A stretch of DNA of 64,000 nucleotides, taken from positions 32,001-96,000 of the forward strand of contig JAXGPF010000011.1 in assembly GCA_040767085.1 (NCBI GenBank). Direction: 5' to 3'. The notes under the pieces are model-generated. The model worked only from the letters and a program-made list of their open reading frames with translations, was not told where the DNA came from and made no database searches. Source of the DNA: Kiritimatiellia bacterium (GTDB taxonomy: Bacteria > Verrucomicrobiota > Kiritimatiellia > JAAZAB01). Positions 20,776-29,421 of this stretch are shown one piece after another. Position 1 is the stretch's first letter. Each line of letters starts with the position of its first letter. The position numbers and the translations under genes are program-made.

Positions 20776-21873
20776 TCATCCGATACGCCGGCAGGTATCG
20801 CCGGCAATAATACGCAACGGCATCTTGATGTTGACCGGCGGGCTGATGTTCCCTTCGATCAGGCCCAGGAGGGCCAGAGCCGCTGTTTTGCCGTATTGTT
20901 CCGGAATTACGCCCCCCACGGTCGTGATCCGCATCCCGTTGCTTTCGACCTGCCTGTTCCCCGCCGTCAACAACGACACATCTTCTGGAACCCGGATGCG
21001 GTTGGCCTTAAATGCATGGAGAAGTTGGCCCAGAAATTTTTGATGAAACGAAAAAACCGCCGTCGGAGGATTGCCTTGCCGGAATAATTCCCGGACCGTG
21101 CGCGCCATAGCCTCCGGCGCATAGTCGTCGGTCCGGAACTCCCGTTGCGGATCATAAAGTTCGCGGGCCACCATGGCTTTGCGATACCCATCAAAAAAGT
21201 TCCGGTAAATCAACTCGTCCGATCCTCGCCCGATTACCGCAATCCGCCGGTGCCCCAGCTTGAGCAAATAGTTCGTTGCCTTGAAAATCTCGCCGGCGCT
21301 GTATTCTTCCACATAATTGAGATCTTCGCGCAGGGAGGCTCTACCCATCATCACATAAGGAATATTTTCATCCCGCAGGCGAACGACAAACCGGTCAACC
21401 TTTGAGCCAAAATGCGCCCCGCTGATAATCAACCCGTCCACCCCGGCTTCCATGACCTTGTTCGTTTTCATTTTAATGGTCTGATTGTCCATCAACAAGG
21501 TATGCCACCCGCGCGCGGAAGCTACCCCGTTAATCCCATGCACGATCGCATAATGCGTCGGGGCCTCCGTTGCCGTTAATTTAACGGCCAGCGACATTAA
21601 ATAGAGCCCGATGGTCCCGCAGCGGTTGCGTCGGATTTTGCTTCGGTCGCTTACATACGTTCCCTTCCCGGCTTCGCGGTAAAGGATGCCCGCGTTCACC
21701 AAATCAGCCATGGCGCGGCCCACCGTTATCCGGCTGATCCCGTATTTTGCGCATAATTGCGGTTCGGAGGGAACCAGCGCGCCCGGCTTCAAGCGGCGGG
21801 TTTTGATTTCACGTAAAAGCAGCTGCTTTAATTGCAGATACCTTGGGATATGATTGGTTTTGATGATTTGCAT
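20776..21873 (-). CDS. GntR-HTH plus LacI-type sensor domain regulator (AraR-like architecture)
   Basis: PRYLQLK...PSEPQLCAKYGISRITV..A..DLV..G.L.R..GKGTYV; LGHRRIA; IRVPEDVSL. Confidence 0.9.
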   Translation of the reverse strand: MQIIKTNHIPRYLQLKQLLLREIKTRRLKPGALVPSEPQLCAKYGISRITVGRAMADLVNAGILYREAGKGTYVSDRSKIRRNRCGTIGLYLMSLAVKLTATEAPTHYAIVHGINGVASARGWHTLLMDNQTIKMKTNKVMEAGVDGLIISGAHFGSKVDRFVVRLRDENIPYVMMGRASLREDLNYVEEYSAGEIFKATNYLLKLGHRRIAVIGRGSDELIYRNFFDGYRKAMVARELYDPQREFRTDDYAPEAMARTVRELFRQGNPPTAVFSFHQKFLGQLLHAFKANRIRVPEDVSLLTAGNRQVESNGMRITTVGGVIPEQYGKTAALALLGLIEGNISPPVNIKMPLRIIAGDTCRRIG

Positions 21874-21993
21874 CGCCGGGATATTGTCATGCTGTCATTA
21901 CAAGTAATTCATTGCATAATTATCGGCGGTTGTCAAGGAATAGCACGAAAAATAATTCAACCGGGGATGGCCCTGGCTCACCGGTGACAAGGG

Positions 21994-22032
21994 ACACGTC
22001 TCGACATGACAGTGGGGTCACGTCTCGACATG
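21994..22032 (+). repeat. Short direct repeat CACGTCTCGACATG x2
   Basis: Two identical 14-mers in GACACGTCTCGACATGACAGTGGGGTCACGTCTCGACATG. Confidence 0.75.
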
Positions 22033-22124
22033 CGGTTCCGCTGAAAAAGTCTTGTCGCCGCCGTGGGTTTGGCGCCGTATTAAGCGCGTGGAAATTTGGG
22101 TCTGTCAGGTAGGAATTGGTGTCT

Positions 22125-22246
22125 GGAATTGGGGTCAGTCAGTAGTTTTATCACTCTTTATTAATCTGTCCCTTCCCGCACGCAGGGAATTAGGGTCAGT
22201 CAGTAGTATTATCACTCTTTATTAATCTGTCCCTTCCCGCACGCAG
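22125..22246 (+). repeat. 61-bp tandem duplication
   Basis: GGAATT(G/A)GGGTCAGTCAGTAGT(T/A)TTATCACTCTTTATTAATCTGTCCCTTCCCGCACGCAG at 22125-22185 and 22186-22246, two mismatches. Confidence 0.92.
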
Positions 22247-22744
22247 TCCCGGAGGATTTTTAAACGACTTTTGTGCCCTGTAATAAATTGATGATCCATG
22301 CTTCACCTGGCATCAGATGTCGAGCGCCCGCCTACGCCTGACTTCGGTGCAGGGAAAAGGCGGCCAAGGCGCGGGCCGTGCTGGCGGCACTACCCGCCCT
22401 ACCGAAGCCGGGGTACGAATTCCGGGGGTGTGGTGCTTGCTCCGTGAGCGCCGTTCCGGTTTCCGCCTTGGCGTCCTTAGCGTTCTTGGCGGTTAATCCG
22501 GATGTCCGGCTGTGGTGGCGCCATCGGATACCGAACACAGTTCGGCCGCTACGGTCAGAATTTCAGAGGCATAACGATGGGAGAGCGCGCTGGCGTCACT
22601 GTGGGATATCGCGGTCAAGCCGATGTAACTCGCTGCAAAGATATTGCGTATTCCGGGATAAATCGGCCGGGCAAACCGGGATTAAACCGGCCGCATTTTG
22701 GTGTGGCCCGAAACGGTGGATGCAAGGCCTGCGATGAGCAAGCC

Positions 22745-22763
22745 TGGTGGAGCGGAGGAGATT
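22745..22763 (-). repeat. Duplicate of the tRNA-Ala 3' end including CCA (att-like or tRNA-associated repeat)
   Basis: 22746-22763 is identical to 22885-22902 (GGTGGAGCGGAGGAGATT); minus strand reads AATCTCCTCCGCTCCACCA. Confidence 0.85.
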
Positions 22764-22886
22764 GCGGCGCCGTGCTCCCGCACGGCTGGGCCCTTGCGGG
22801 CGCGATGCCGGGAGGCATCGCCTCTGCGCGCCGCGCCCTTCGCGGCTCGCAGTCGAACCCCCCGGGAGTTCTCATCTCCAAAGGGG

Positions 22887-22959
22887 TGGAGCGGAGGAGA
22901 TTCGAACTCCCGACCCCCACGTTGCGAACGTGATGCTCTACCAACTGAGCTACCGCCCC
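22887..22959 (-). tRNA. tRNA-Ala(CGC)
   Basis: GGGGCGGTAGCTCAGTTGGTAGAGCATCACGTT-CGC-AACGTGGGGGTCGGGAGTTCGAATCTCCTCCGCTCCA. Cloverleaf, G3:U70 pair, discriminator A; CCA not encoded. Confidence 0.96.
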
Positions 22960-23220
22960 TCGGTGCGACCAAACCAATCCAGCAACGTCAAACACTCTGA
23001 ACGGCCGCGCTGGACTGCTGCTTGGCCAGTTTCTTCTCTTTGCGCTTCTGGAGTTTTTCTTTCAGACTTAATTTCGGCTTATTGCTGTGCCCGACATTGC
23101 CCCGGTCCATGCCTTTTGCCATATACGCCTCCCATGGTCAGACGGAAACAAATACACCGGCTTGCAAAAAAGCAGGGCGTATTATCGCCATCCGCCCGGC
23201 AGTGTCAAATAAAAACGCCA

Positions 23221-24108
23221 TCACAGCCCCAGCAAATGGACGGCGTTTTCACGGGCGACTTTGCGGAAGACGGCATCGCTGATGCGTTTTTCATCCCGCA
23301 TTTTAGGCAGGAAGTCCGCCAGCGGCGTCGGGGTTTCGGGATAGCTGATATCGGTGCCGAAAAACAGCCGGTCCTGGAATTCGACCAAGAATCCCGCGGC
23401 ATAATCCGGATCGCGCTGCAAGGCGTTGCAGCCGCTGCCGGCGGATAAATCGCCCAGGAGGTTGGGATATTTCCGCATCAGCTTGGGCACCACGCCCTCT
23501 TCCCGGACGGGGTAGTCCGGATAGCCGTATCGGTCGCGGGGAATCTCCAGGCGCGCCATTTCCGCCCAGAACGTCTGGGAATGGCCGAGGAACTTTAATT
23601 TCGGGAAACGCTGCAGGCTGTATTCCAGTCCGGGCAGTCCGGGCTCGTCATACAGCCCGTACATCCCCCCAAGCTGCGCGGCCAGGTGGAAGGTCAGCGG
23701 CAGGCCGGCCGCCTCGGCGTGCTTGAAAAGATTCTGCACCATGGGGTGCCGGATGGGCATGTTGGCGCAGACTTCGCCGATACCCTTGCAGCCGCGGTCG
23801 CGGTAATATTCCATCAACTCGTTGAGCGGCGCGTCAGGGGAATTGCTCATGGCGCGCGGATCGATATTGCAGAAAGGAACAAACCGGCCGGGATATTTCC
23901 GGCAGACATCCAGAACTTCCTCGTTGGACTGCGGCATGTGCGCGCATTCCGGGTTGACGCCGGGGAGCAGGACGGCGCACTCGATGTCGAGTTGATCATA
24001 GCGGGCGATCAACTGCTCCGGCAGCGCATAGGCATGCGCGCCGCGCTTGCGGTGCGGCGGGCTTTCATGCATCCTGGTATGACCATGGATGTCAATAAAG
24101 GTTTTCAC
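23221..24108 (-). CDS. Amidohydrolase family protein (Amidohydro_2-like)
   Basis: GTG at 24108 overlaps the upstream TGA. IDIHGH metal motif, GIGE, PLTFH, FLGHS, DLSAGSG.NAL, DRLFFGTD. Confidence 0.87.
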   Translation of the reverse strand: MKTFIDIHGHTRMHESPPHRKRGAHAYALPEQLIARYDQLDIECAVLLPGVNPECAHMPQSNEEVLDVCRKYPGRFVPFCNIDPRAMSNSPDAPLNELMEYYRDRGCKGIGEVCANMPIRHPMVQNLFKHAEAAGLPLTFHLAAQLGGMYGLYDEPGLPGLEYSLQRFPKLKFLGHSQTFWAEMARLEIPRDRYGYPDYPVREEGVVPKLMRKYPNLLGDLSAGSGCNALQRDPDYAAGFLVEFQDRLFFGTDISYPETPTPLADFLPKMRDEKRISDAVFRKVARENAVHLLGL

Positions 24109-24977
24109 AGCGGCGCGAGTTTCAAGGCATTGCCGGCGTAGATTTTGTCCAGGACGTTCTGCGGCAGGTTCAAGCTGTTGATGAGTTCCTGATGGCCGTT
24201 GTCGAAATAATCGCGGGCATAGAGCACGCGGTCCTGGAATTCCAGCAGGAACTCGCGGGTAAATTCCGGGTCGCGGGACAACGCCCCGCAGCCTGAGCCC
24301 GCGGAGATGTCGCAATACAGGTTGGGATACTTGCGCAGGTATTCCACCACCTTGCCACCGGGCACAACCTTGCCCTTGGGATAGGAAACCGTCAAGTGCT
24401 GGCCGTCGCCGGAGATATTGCCCCAGAAGCCGGGCGCATGTCCGAGGAAGATGGTTTCCGGGCAGGCCTGCAGAGCGCGTTCCAGGGGCTCGATGCCGCC
24501 GCCATACCAGTAGCCCGGGCGCGGATATTTCGGGGCATTGGGAGCCGCTTTATCATAATCCAGGTGGACGGTCACCGGCAGTTGCTTTTGCCCGCAGAAC
24601 CGGAACATGCGCAGGGCGTCGGGGTTGTCATACATCATCCGCAGCTTCAATTCGCCGCAAACCTTGACGCCGTGAATGGCGATGGCGGCCTCCAGCCGGT
24701 CAATCGCATCCGGCCGCCGCGGATCGGGGGCGTAGCCCAGGATGAATTTGCCCGGCGCGCGCTGCATATACGAGACGCCGAGGCTTAAAGGAATGGGGCC
24801 GGTAAAATCATCGTGCAGGGGAGAAACCACGCGGTTGTTGCCAGGCGCATACTCGTCCCGCGGCGATTCCCATGTCAGCAGCCAGGTGACGTCAATGTTG
24901 TACTGGCGCATGTTGGCCAGAAACTTGTCCAAATCGTGCCCGTGCCAGTCGGGATGGTTATGTGCGTCTATGATCAT
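24105..24977 (-). CDS. Amidohydrolase family protein, paralogue of the downstream gene
   Basis: IIDAHNH, GELK, LPVTVH, FLGHAPGFW, DISAGSG..AL.RD, DRVLYARD. Confidence 0.87.
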   Translation of the reverse strand: MIIDAHNHPDWHGHDLDKFLANMRQYNIDVTWLLTWESPRDEYAPGNNRVVSPLHDDFTGPIPLSLGVSYMQRAPGKFILGYAPDPRRPDAIDRLEAAIAIHGVKVCGELKLRMMYDNPDALRMFRFCGQKQLPVTVHLDYDKAAPNAPKYPRPGYWYGGGIEPLERALQACPETIFLGHAPGFWGNISGDGQHLTVSYPKGKVVPGGKVVEYLRKYPNLYCDISAGSGCGALSRDPEFTREFLLEFQDRVLYARDYFDNGHQELINSLNLPQNVLDKIYAGNALKLAPL

Positions 24978-24981
24978 GGTA

Positions 24982-26259
24982 TTATTTCCTGTATGCGGCG
25001 GATACCTTGGCGATGGCCTTGACGATGTCGGCGGCTTCCGCCGCGCCCCAGCTTTCCCGGATCACCAGGTCGAAATGCGCGTCCAGCGCCGCCATGACAT
25101 TGGGGCACGGGAATTGGCGGTCGGGATCGCCCTGGTAAGCCGGCGAACTCCAGGGCAGGCGGCTGCTGCCGAACACCTGCTTGTTTTTGAACCAATCGTA
25201 GTGAGTCGGCGGATTGACGTAGCGCACGCGCACCAGGACGCCTTCCGCCGCCAGCGCGGCGCAGAAAGTTGCCTTATCGCAACCCGCCTGCTCGGCCTGA
25301 AAACGCATCCGCAGGAACCAGTAACTCGGCTCGGCGCCTTTTAACTGCGGCGGCAACACCGCCAGGCTGTCCGGCGGCAAGCCTTCCTGAATGCGCTTAA
25401 CCAGGTCGCGGCGGCGCTGGACGATGCCGGGCAGCTTCTTTAACTGCACGCTGCCGATCACCGACGCCAGATCGTTCAGGTTGAAATTCAAGGTGGCCTG
25501 GCAGCAGGAAGCGCTCTCCGGCAGGCCAAACGGCTTGCCGCGGTCGGACGCACGCCGGACCTTTTTGTACAATTCCTCGTCCGCGGTCCAAACGAATCCG
25601 CCCTGGCCGCCGGCGCAGTGGTGCTTGCCGAACATGGTGGAAAAGGCGGCGATATCGCCGAAAGTGCCGAGCAATTTGCCGTTGAGCTTGGCATAATGCG
25701 CCTGGGCGCAATCTTCCACCACGGGGATTTTATGCTTGCGCGCCACCCGCATGATGCCTTCCATATCGGCCGGCTCGCCGAAAATATGGGCCACGACAAT
25801 GGCGCTGGTGCGCGGGGAGATCAGTTCCTCGATCTGTTCCGGGCCGGGCATGTAAGAGCCCGGGGCGGCGTCGGCAATCATGGGGATGCAATTCAGCAGC
25901 GGGATGGGCATGACGCCGCCGGGATCGGTGATGGGGCCGACGATGATTTCGGTGAATGGTTCGGGATCGAGCGCATGCAGCGCAACGTAGACCGCGCTGG
26001 TGCCGGAGTTGACGGCATCGGCGTAGCCGCCGCCCATGAACTCGGCGAATGCACGGCAATAGTCCTGCTCGTCCGGGCCGCCGTAGCCGAACGCCTTGCC
26101 GCTGGCGATGGCGCGGTCGAACAACGCGTCCACCGCGGCCTTCTCCTCCTGCCCGATCAGGCTGCGCTCGGGCCAGGGAGCGGTGCGGACCTTGGGGCCG
26201 CCGTTGATAGCAAGCTGATCAGGGGCTGCTTTTGAATTTTTGCCGGTCATGTTTTTCAC
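24982..26259 (-). CDS. DegT/DnrJ/EryC1/StrS family PLP aminotransferase
   Basis: LAINGG, AVNSGTSA, AIVVAHIFG.PADM, VVEDCAQAH, GTFGDIAAFS..FGK. Confidence 0.9.
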   Translation of the reverse strand: MKNMTGKNSKAAPDQLAINGGPKVRTAPWPERSLIGQEEKAAVDALFDRAIASGKAFGYGGPDEQDYCRAFAEFMGGGYADAVNSGTSAVYVALHALDPEPFTEIIVGPITDPGGVMPIPLLNCIPMIADAAPGSYMPGPEQIEELISPRTSAIVVAHIFGEPADMEGIMRVARKHKIPVVEDCAQAHYAKLNGKLLGTFGDIAAFSTMFGKHHCAGGQGGFVWTADEELYKKVRRASDRGKPFGLPESASCCQATLNFNLNDLASVIGSVQLKKLPGIVQRRRDLVKRIQEGLPPDSLAVLPPQLKGAEPSYWFLRMRFQAEQAGCDKATFCAALAAEGVLVRVRYVNPPTHYDWFKNKQVFGSSRLPWSSPAYQGDPDRQFPCPNVMAALDAHFDLVIRESWGAAEAADIVKAIAKVSAAYRK

Positions 26260-26352
26260 CTTCCGTGGTTATTACGCGGTTTGTTCGCCAATTGCCGTGA
26301 AGACTAGCGCGCCGGCCCGCAAACGGCAATATCAATTTCTGTCCGATACCTG

Positions 26353-27174
26353 TCAAATCCCGCCATGCGCGCTGGGCGGCACCCCGGTGAATTTTTTGAA
26401 TGCGCGATGAAACAGCGAATATTGACTGAACCCCACCGCTTCGGAAACCGCCTCCAGCTTGATCGCCGAATTGGCGCTGATCGTGCGTTGCGCCTGCAAG
26501 ACCCGGCGTTGCAGCACATAATGCTTGATGGGCAAGCCGATGTCTTTCTCGAACAGGCGGAATAAATGCCGTTCGGAGATACGCAGGAATGACGCCATCT
26601 CGCTGACGTTGAAGGCAGCGGCGTAATGCTGTTCGATGTAATCCAACGCCCGGCGGACCACCGGATGCATAACGTGTTCGGAAACATTAGCTTCCGCGCG
26701 CTTGACCCGGCACATCAACTCCATCAGCATAGCCTGGTTGATCAATTGCCATCCCGGCCGGCAATCTTTGCTTTCCCGGATGATCTTGCAGATGATCTGC
26801 TCGATCACCGCCGCTTCGCCGCCCGTCAGGCTGACATGCCGCTGCATGGACAATACATCGTTCAAGACCGCCCTGGGCCAGGCCATTGTTTTGACATCAA
26901 ATACCAGGCAGAATTTCTCCACCCGGCTGCCGGGCGATGACAACAGCCGGTGAATCTCGCGCGGCTGAATCACGATGACGGAATTTTTGCCGTAGGGAAT
27001 GTTTTTCCCTTCCACAAAATAACAGCCGGCCCCGTCCTTGACGAAATTTATCTCCATTTCGGCATGCCAGTCCAACCGGCAGGCATGGGAAATTTGACGG
27101 CGGCCCCATGCCGTGACAATGGGGTGATCCCGCGAAGTGAGGCGCCGGCAAGCTGGTTTGGCCATGATTTTCAC
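26353..27174 (-). CDS. AraC family transcriptional regulator (cupin plus HTH)
   Basis: WHAEMEI cupin; ALDYIEQHY, SERHLFRLF, VGFSQYSLFHRAFKKFTG.PP. Confidence 0.92.
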   Translation of the reverse strand: MKIMAKPACRRLTSRDHPIVTAWGRRQISHACRLDWHAEMEINFVKDGAGCYFVEGKNIPYGKNSVIVIQPREIHRLLSSPGSRVEKFCLVFDVKTMAWPRAVLNDVLSMQRHVSLTGGEAAVIEQIICKIIRESKDCRPGWQLINQAMLMELMCRVKRAEANVSEHVMHPVVRRALDYIEQHYAAAFNVSEMASFLRISERHLFRLFEKDIGLPIKHYVLQRRVLQAQRTISANSAIKLEAVSEAVGFSQYSLFHRAFKKFTGVPPSAHGGI

Positions 27175-28343
27175 CGGCGGTGCGCCACCGTGCCGGCGAC
27201 GATGGTGTAAAGGATTTCCAGGTTCCCATCGAGAATCAGCACATCGCCGTCGCGGCCGGGCGCCAGGACACCTTTGTTCAGACCCAGCAATTCCGCCGGG
27301 TTGGCGGAACAGACCCGGCTGGCCTGGGCCATGGTTTTGCCAAACAGCCGGATGGCATTGCGGAAGCCGTCAATCGGCGTGAGCGCGCTGCCGCAGAGCG
27401 CGTTATCGCGTTCGGGATTGCCGGGTTCGATCAACCGCACCCCGTTGTTCGCGCCGGCAATGCGCACCCGGCCCCAGCGGCGCGGCAATTCGTATTCGCC
27501 CGGGGGCAGTCCGGCGCCATTATTGCTGTCGGTGACGAAAACCAGGCGGTTGTCCGGCTTGCAGCGGAAGGTTTTTTCCACGAGCAGGGGGTGCACGTGC
27601 GTACCGTCGGGAATGATCTCGCAAACCAACCGGTCTTCCGTCAGCAGATAATCGGTCAAGGCGGCCGGATACACGCCGAGCTCGCCGAAAACCGGCAGCA
27701 GGAAGGTGTCGAAGAGGTGGGTCACCAGGCGCGCTCCGGCCGCCACGGCCGCCCGCGCCTGCTCGATCGTCGCGGCGGTGTGCGCCAGGCTGCAGACAAT
27801 GCCGGCCCGGCTGAGCCGGCGGATCAGAGCGGGCGCATGTTCAATTTCCGGGGAAATGTCCCAGATTTTCAGGTGCCCGCCGGCCGCCTGCAGCAAATGT
27901 TCCGTCGTCGCGTCGGCAATCGGCGCGATATCCCGGGTCAGACCGCCGCCCGTCTGCGCCAGGTAAGGCGATTCGAGCCGGAAGCCGACAACTTGCGGCG
28001 CCTGGCGCAATTCATCCGATTCGCGGCGGTGCCGCCGCATCAAGAGGGCGGAATGTTCCGGCGGACCGAAAAAAGTCGGCAAAAAAGCCGTGGCGCCGCA
28101 CCGGGCCTCCTCCGCGGCGAAGGCCTCCAGCGCGGTTTCGGTGGAATCGCGGCCGATGCCGTGGGTATGGAGGTCGATCAATCCCGGCAACACGTAACCG
28201 CCGGCCGCGTCTATCTCCGGCGCGGCGCGATGCAAGCGCGCGTCGATCGCGGCTATCCGGCCGTTTTCTATCGAAACTTCCGCCGCCTCCAGGCGGCCGT
28301 CCGGAAAAAGCACTTTCCCGTTGCGAATCCATAGTGATTGCAT
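27171..28343 (-). CDS. nagA: N-acetylglucosamine-6-phosphate deacetylase-like amidohydrolase
   Basis: VLPGLIDLHTHG, G.TAFLPT, LESPYL, AHTAAT, THLF, IPDGTHVHP, VTDS, LCGSALT, S.NPA.LLG. Confidence 0.78.
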   Translation of the reverse strand: MQSLWIRNGKVLFPDGRLEAAEVSIENGRIAAIDARLHRAAPEIDAAGGYVLPGLIDLHTHGIGRDSTETALEAFAAEEARCGATAFLPTFFGPPEHSALLMRRHRRESDELRQAPQVVGFRLESPYLAQTGGGLTRDIAPIADATTEHLLQAAGGHLKIWDISPEIEHAPALIRRLSRAGIVCSLAHTAATIEQARAAVAAGARLVTHLFDTFLLPVFGELGVYPAALTDYLLTEDRLVCEIIPDGTHVHPLLVEKTFRCKPDNRLVFVTDSNNGAGLPPGEYELPRRWGRVRIAGANNGVRLIEPGNPERDNALCGSALTPIDGFRNAIRLFGKTMAQASRVCSANPAELLGLNKGVLAPGRDGDVLILDGNLEILYTIVAGTVAHRR

Positions 28344-28430
28344 AACGCAAATATTCTCACACGAAACCGCGAAGACACCAAGAAAAAACCACCGGGCAAC
28401 AATATGTTTCCATTCAAATCTGCAAATCCA

Positions 28431-29291
28431 TTATCCCTTTGCGGCTGGGCGAGTTATCCTCCTTCTTACGCCTTCCCGCCGCGGCCGGTCCGGCCGGACC
28501 GGCCGGTCCGGCGCCGGGGCAGTGGCGGCCAGCAGTTGATCGCAGTACTGGGTCAAGGCTATCACATCCGCGCCGATATTGATGAACTGATAACCCATGC
28601 CGGCCAATTTCTGGAAATTGGCCGGATGGCCCACCGTGCCGGCGAATTTTCCGCCGGCGCGCGCCGCCGCCGCCACCCGCCGCTGGGCTTCCAGCAGGCG
28701 CGGATGGTTGAAATCGCCCGGCGCGCCGATCCCCTGGCTGAAATCGCCCGGGCCGAAAAACAGCATGTCAATCCCCGGCACACCGGCAATGGCTTCCAAC
28801 TCGTCCATGGGCTCGGGATCTTCGATTTGCACGACGATGAACCGCTGTTCATTGGCCTGGCGGATGTATTCCGTGAACGGAATGCGGCAATAGGCGCCGT
28901 CGGCATTGCCGCCGTCGGCCGGCCGGCGCCCGACGGGATGAAAGCGCGTGATCCGCGCCACCTGGCGGGCATCGGCCAGGCTCATGATATGCGGCACCAT
29001 GATCCCGGCGGCATCCAATTCCAGCGGCCGGATGTAATCGCTGTAGCCGCCGCGCGCCACCCGCACCATCACGTCCATGTCATACCCGCGCGCCGCCCAG
29101 ACGCCGGCCTCGATCGCCGACCAGTCGTTGGGCACGTGTTCCATGTCAACCCACAGGCAATCGAATCCCGATTGCGCCACAATTTCCGCCACCCGGGCAT
29201 CGGCCAGGTTGGACTTGAAACAACGCACCTGTTCTCCCGCCCGCAATTTCCGCAATACCCGGCTGGGCCGCATCTGCATGTTAACCTCCAT
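28431..29291 (-). CDS. HpcH/HpaI family class II pyruvate aldolase
   Basis: GFDCLWVDMEH, MVRV, GIMVPH, F.P.GRR, VQIED, LFFGPGDFS. Confidence 0.9.
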   Translation of the reverse strand: MEVNMQMRPSRVLRKLRAGEQVRCFKSNLADARVAEIVAQSGFDCLWVDMEHVPNDWSAIEAGVWAARGYDMDVMVRVARGGYSDYIRPLELDAAGIMVPHIMSLADARQVARITRFHPVGRRPADGGNADGAYCRIPFTEYIRQANEQRFIVVQIEDPEPMDELEAIAGVPGIDMLFFGPGDFSQGIGAPGDFNHPRLLEAQRRVAAAARAGGKFAGTVGHPANFQKLAGMGYQFINIGADVIALTQYCDQLLAATAPAPDRPVRPDRPRREGVRRRITRPAAKG

Positions 29292-29421
29292 TCTGGCTTA
29301 TGTTTCAGGATTCGGTGTTCCGGCGTAAAACCTTAAAACCGTAAACTTAAAACTTCCAATTCCTTATAGCAATTCCTTGCGTTCCTTCGCGGTAAATTAA
29401 TTCCGCTTCTACCCGCCGGTT

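Noticed and set aside
22125-22246. CRISPR array
   Set aside because: Only two abutting 61-bp units, no unique spacers, no cas genes.
24109-24315. N-terminal extension of ORF 23221-24315
   Set aside because: It overlaps the upstream amidohydrolase; the GTG at 24108 places the DxHxH motif at the N-terminus as in the paralogue.
28480-28516. CCGG-rich palindromic run at the aldolase 3' end as a structured RNA
   Set aside because: Short, low-complexity GC hairpin with no U-tract or recognisable RNA family.
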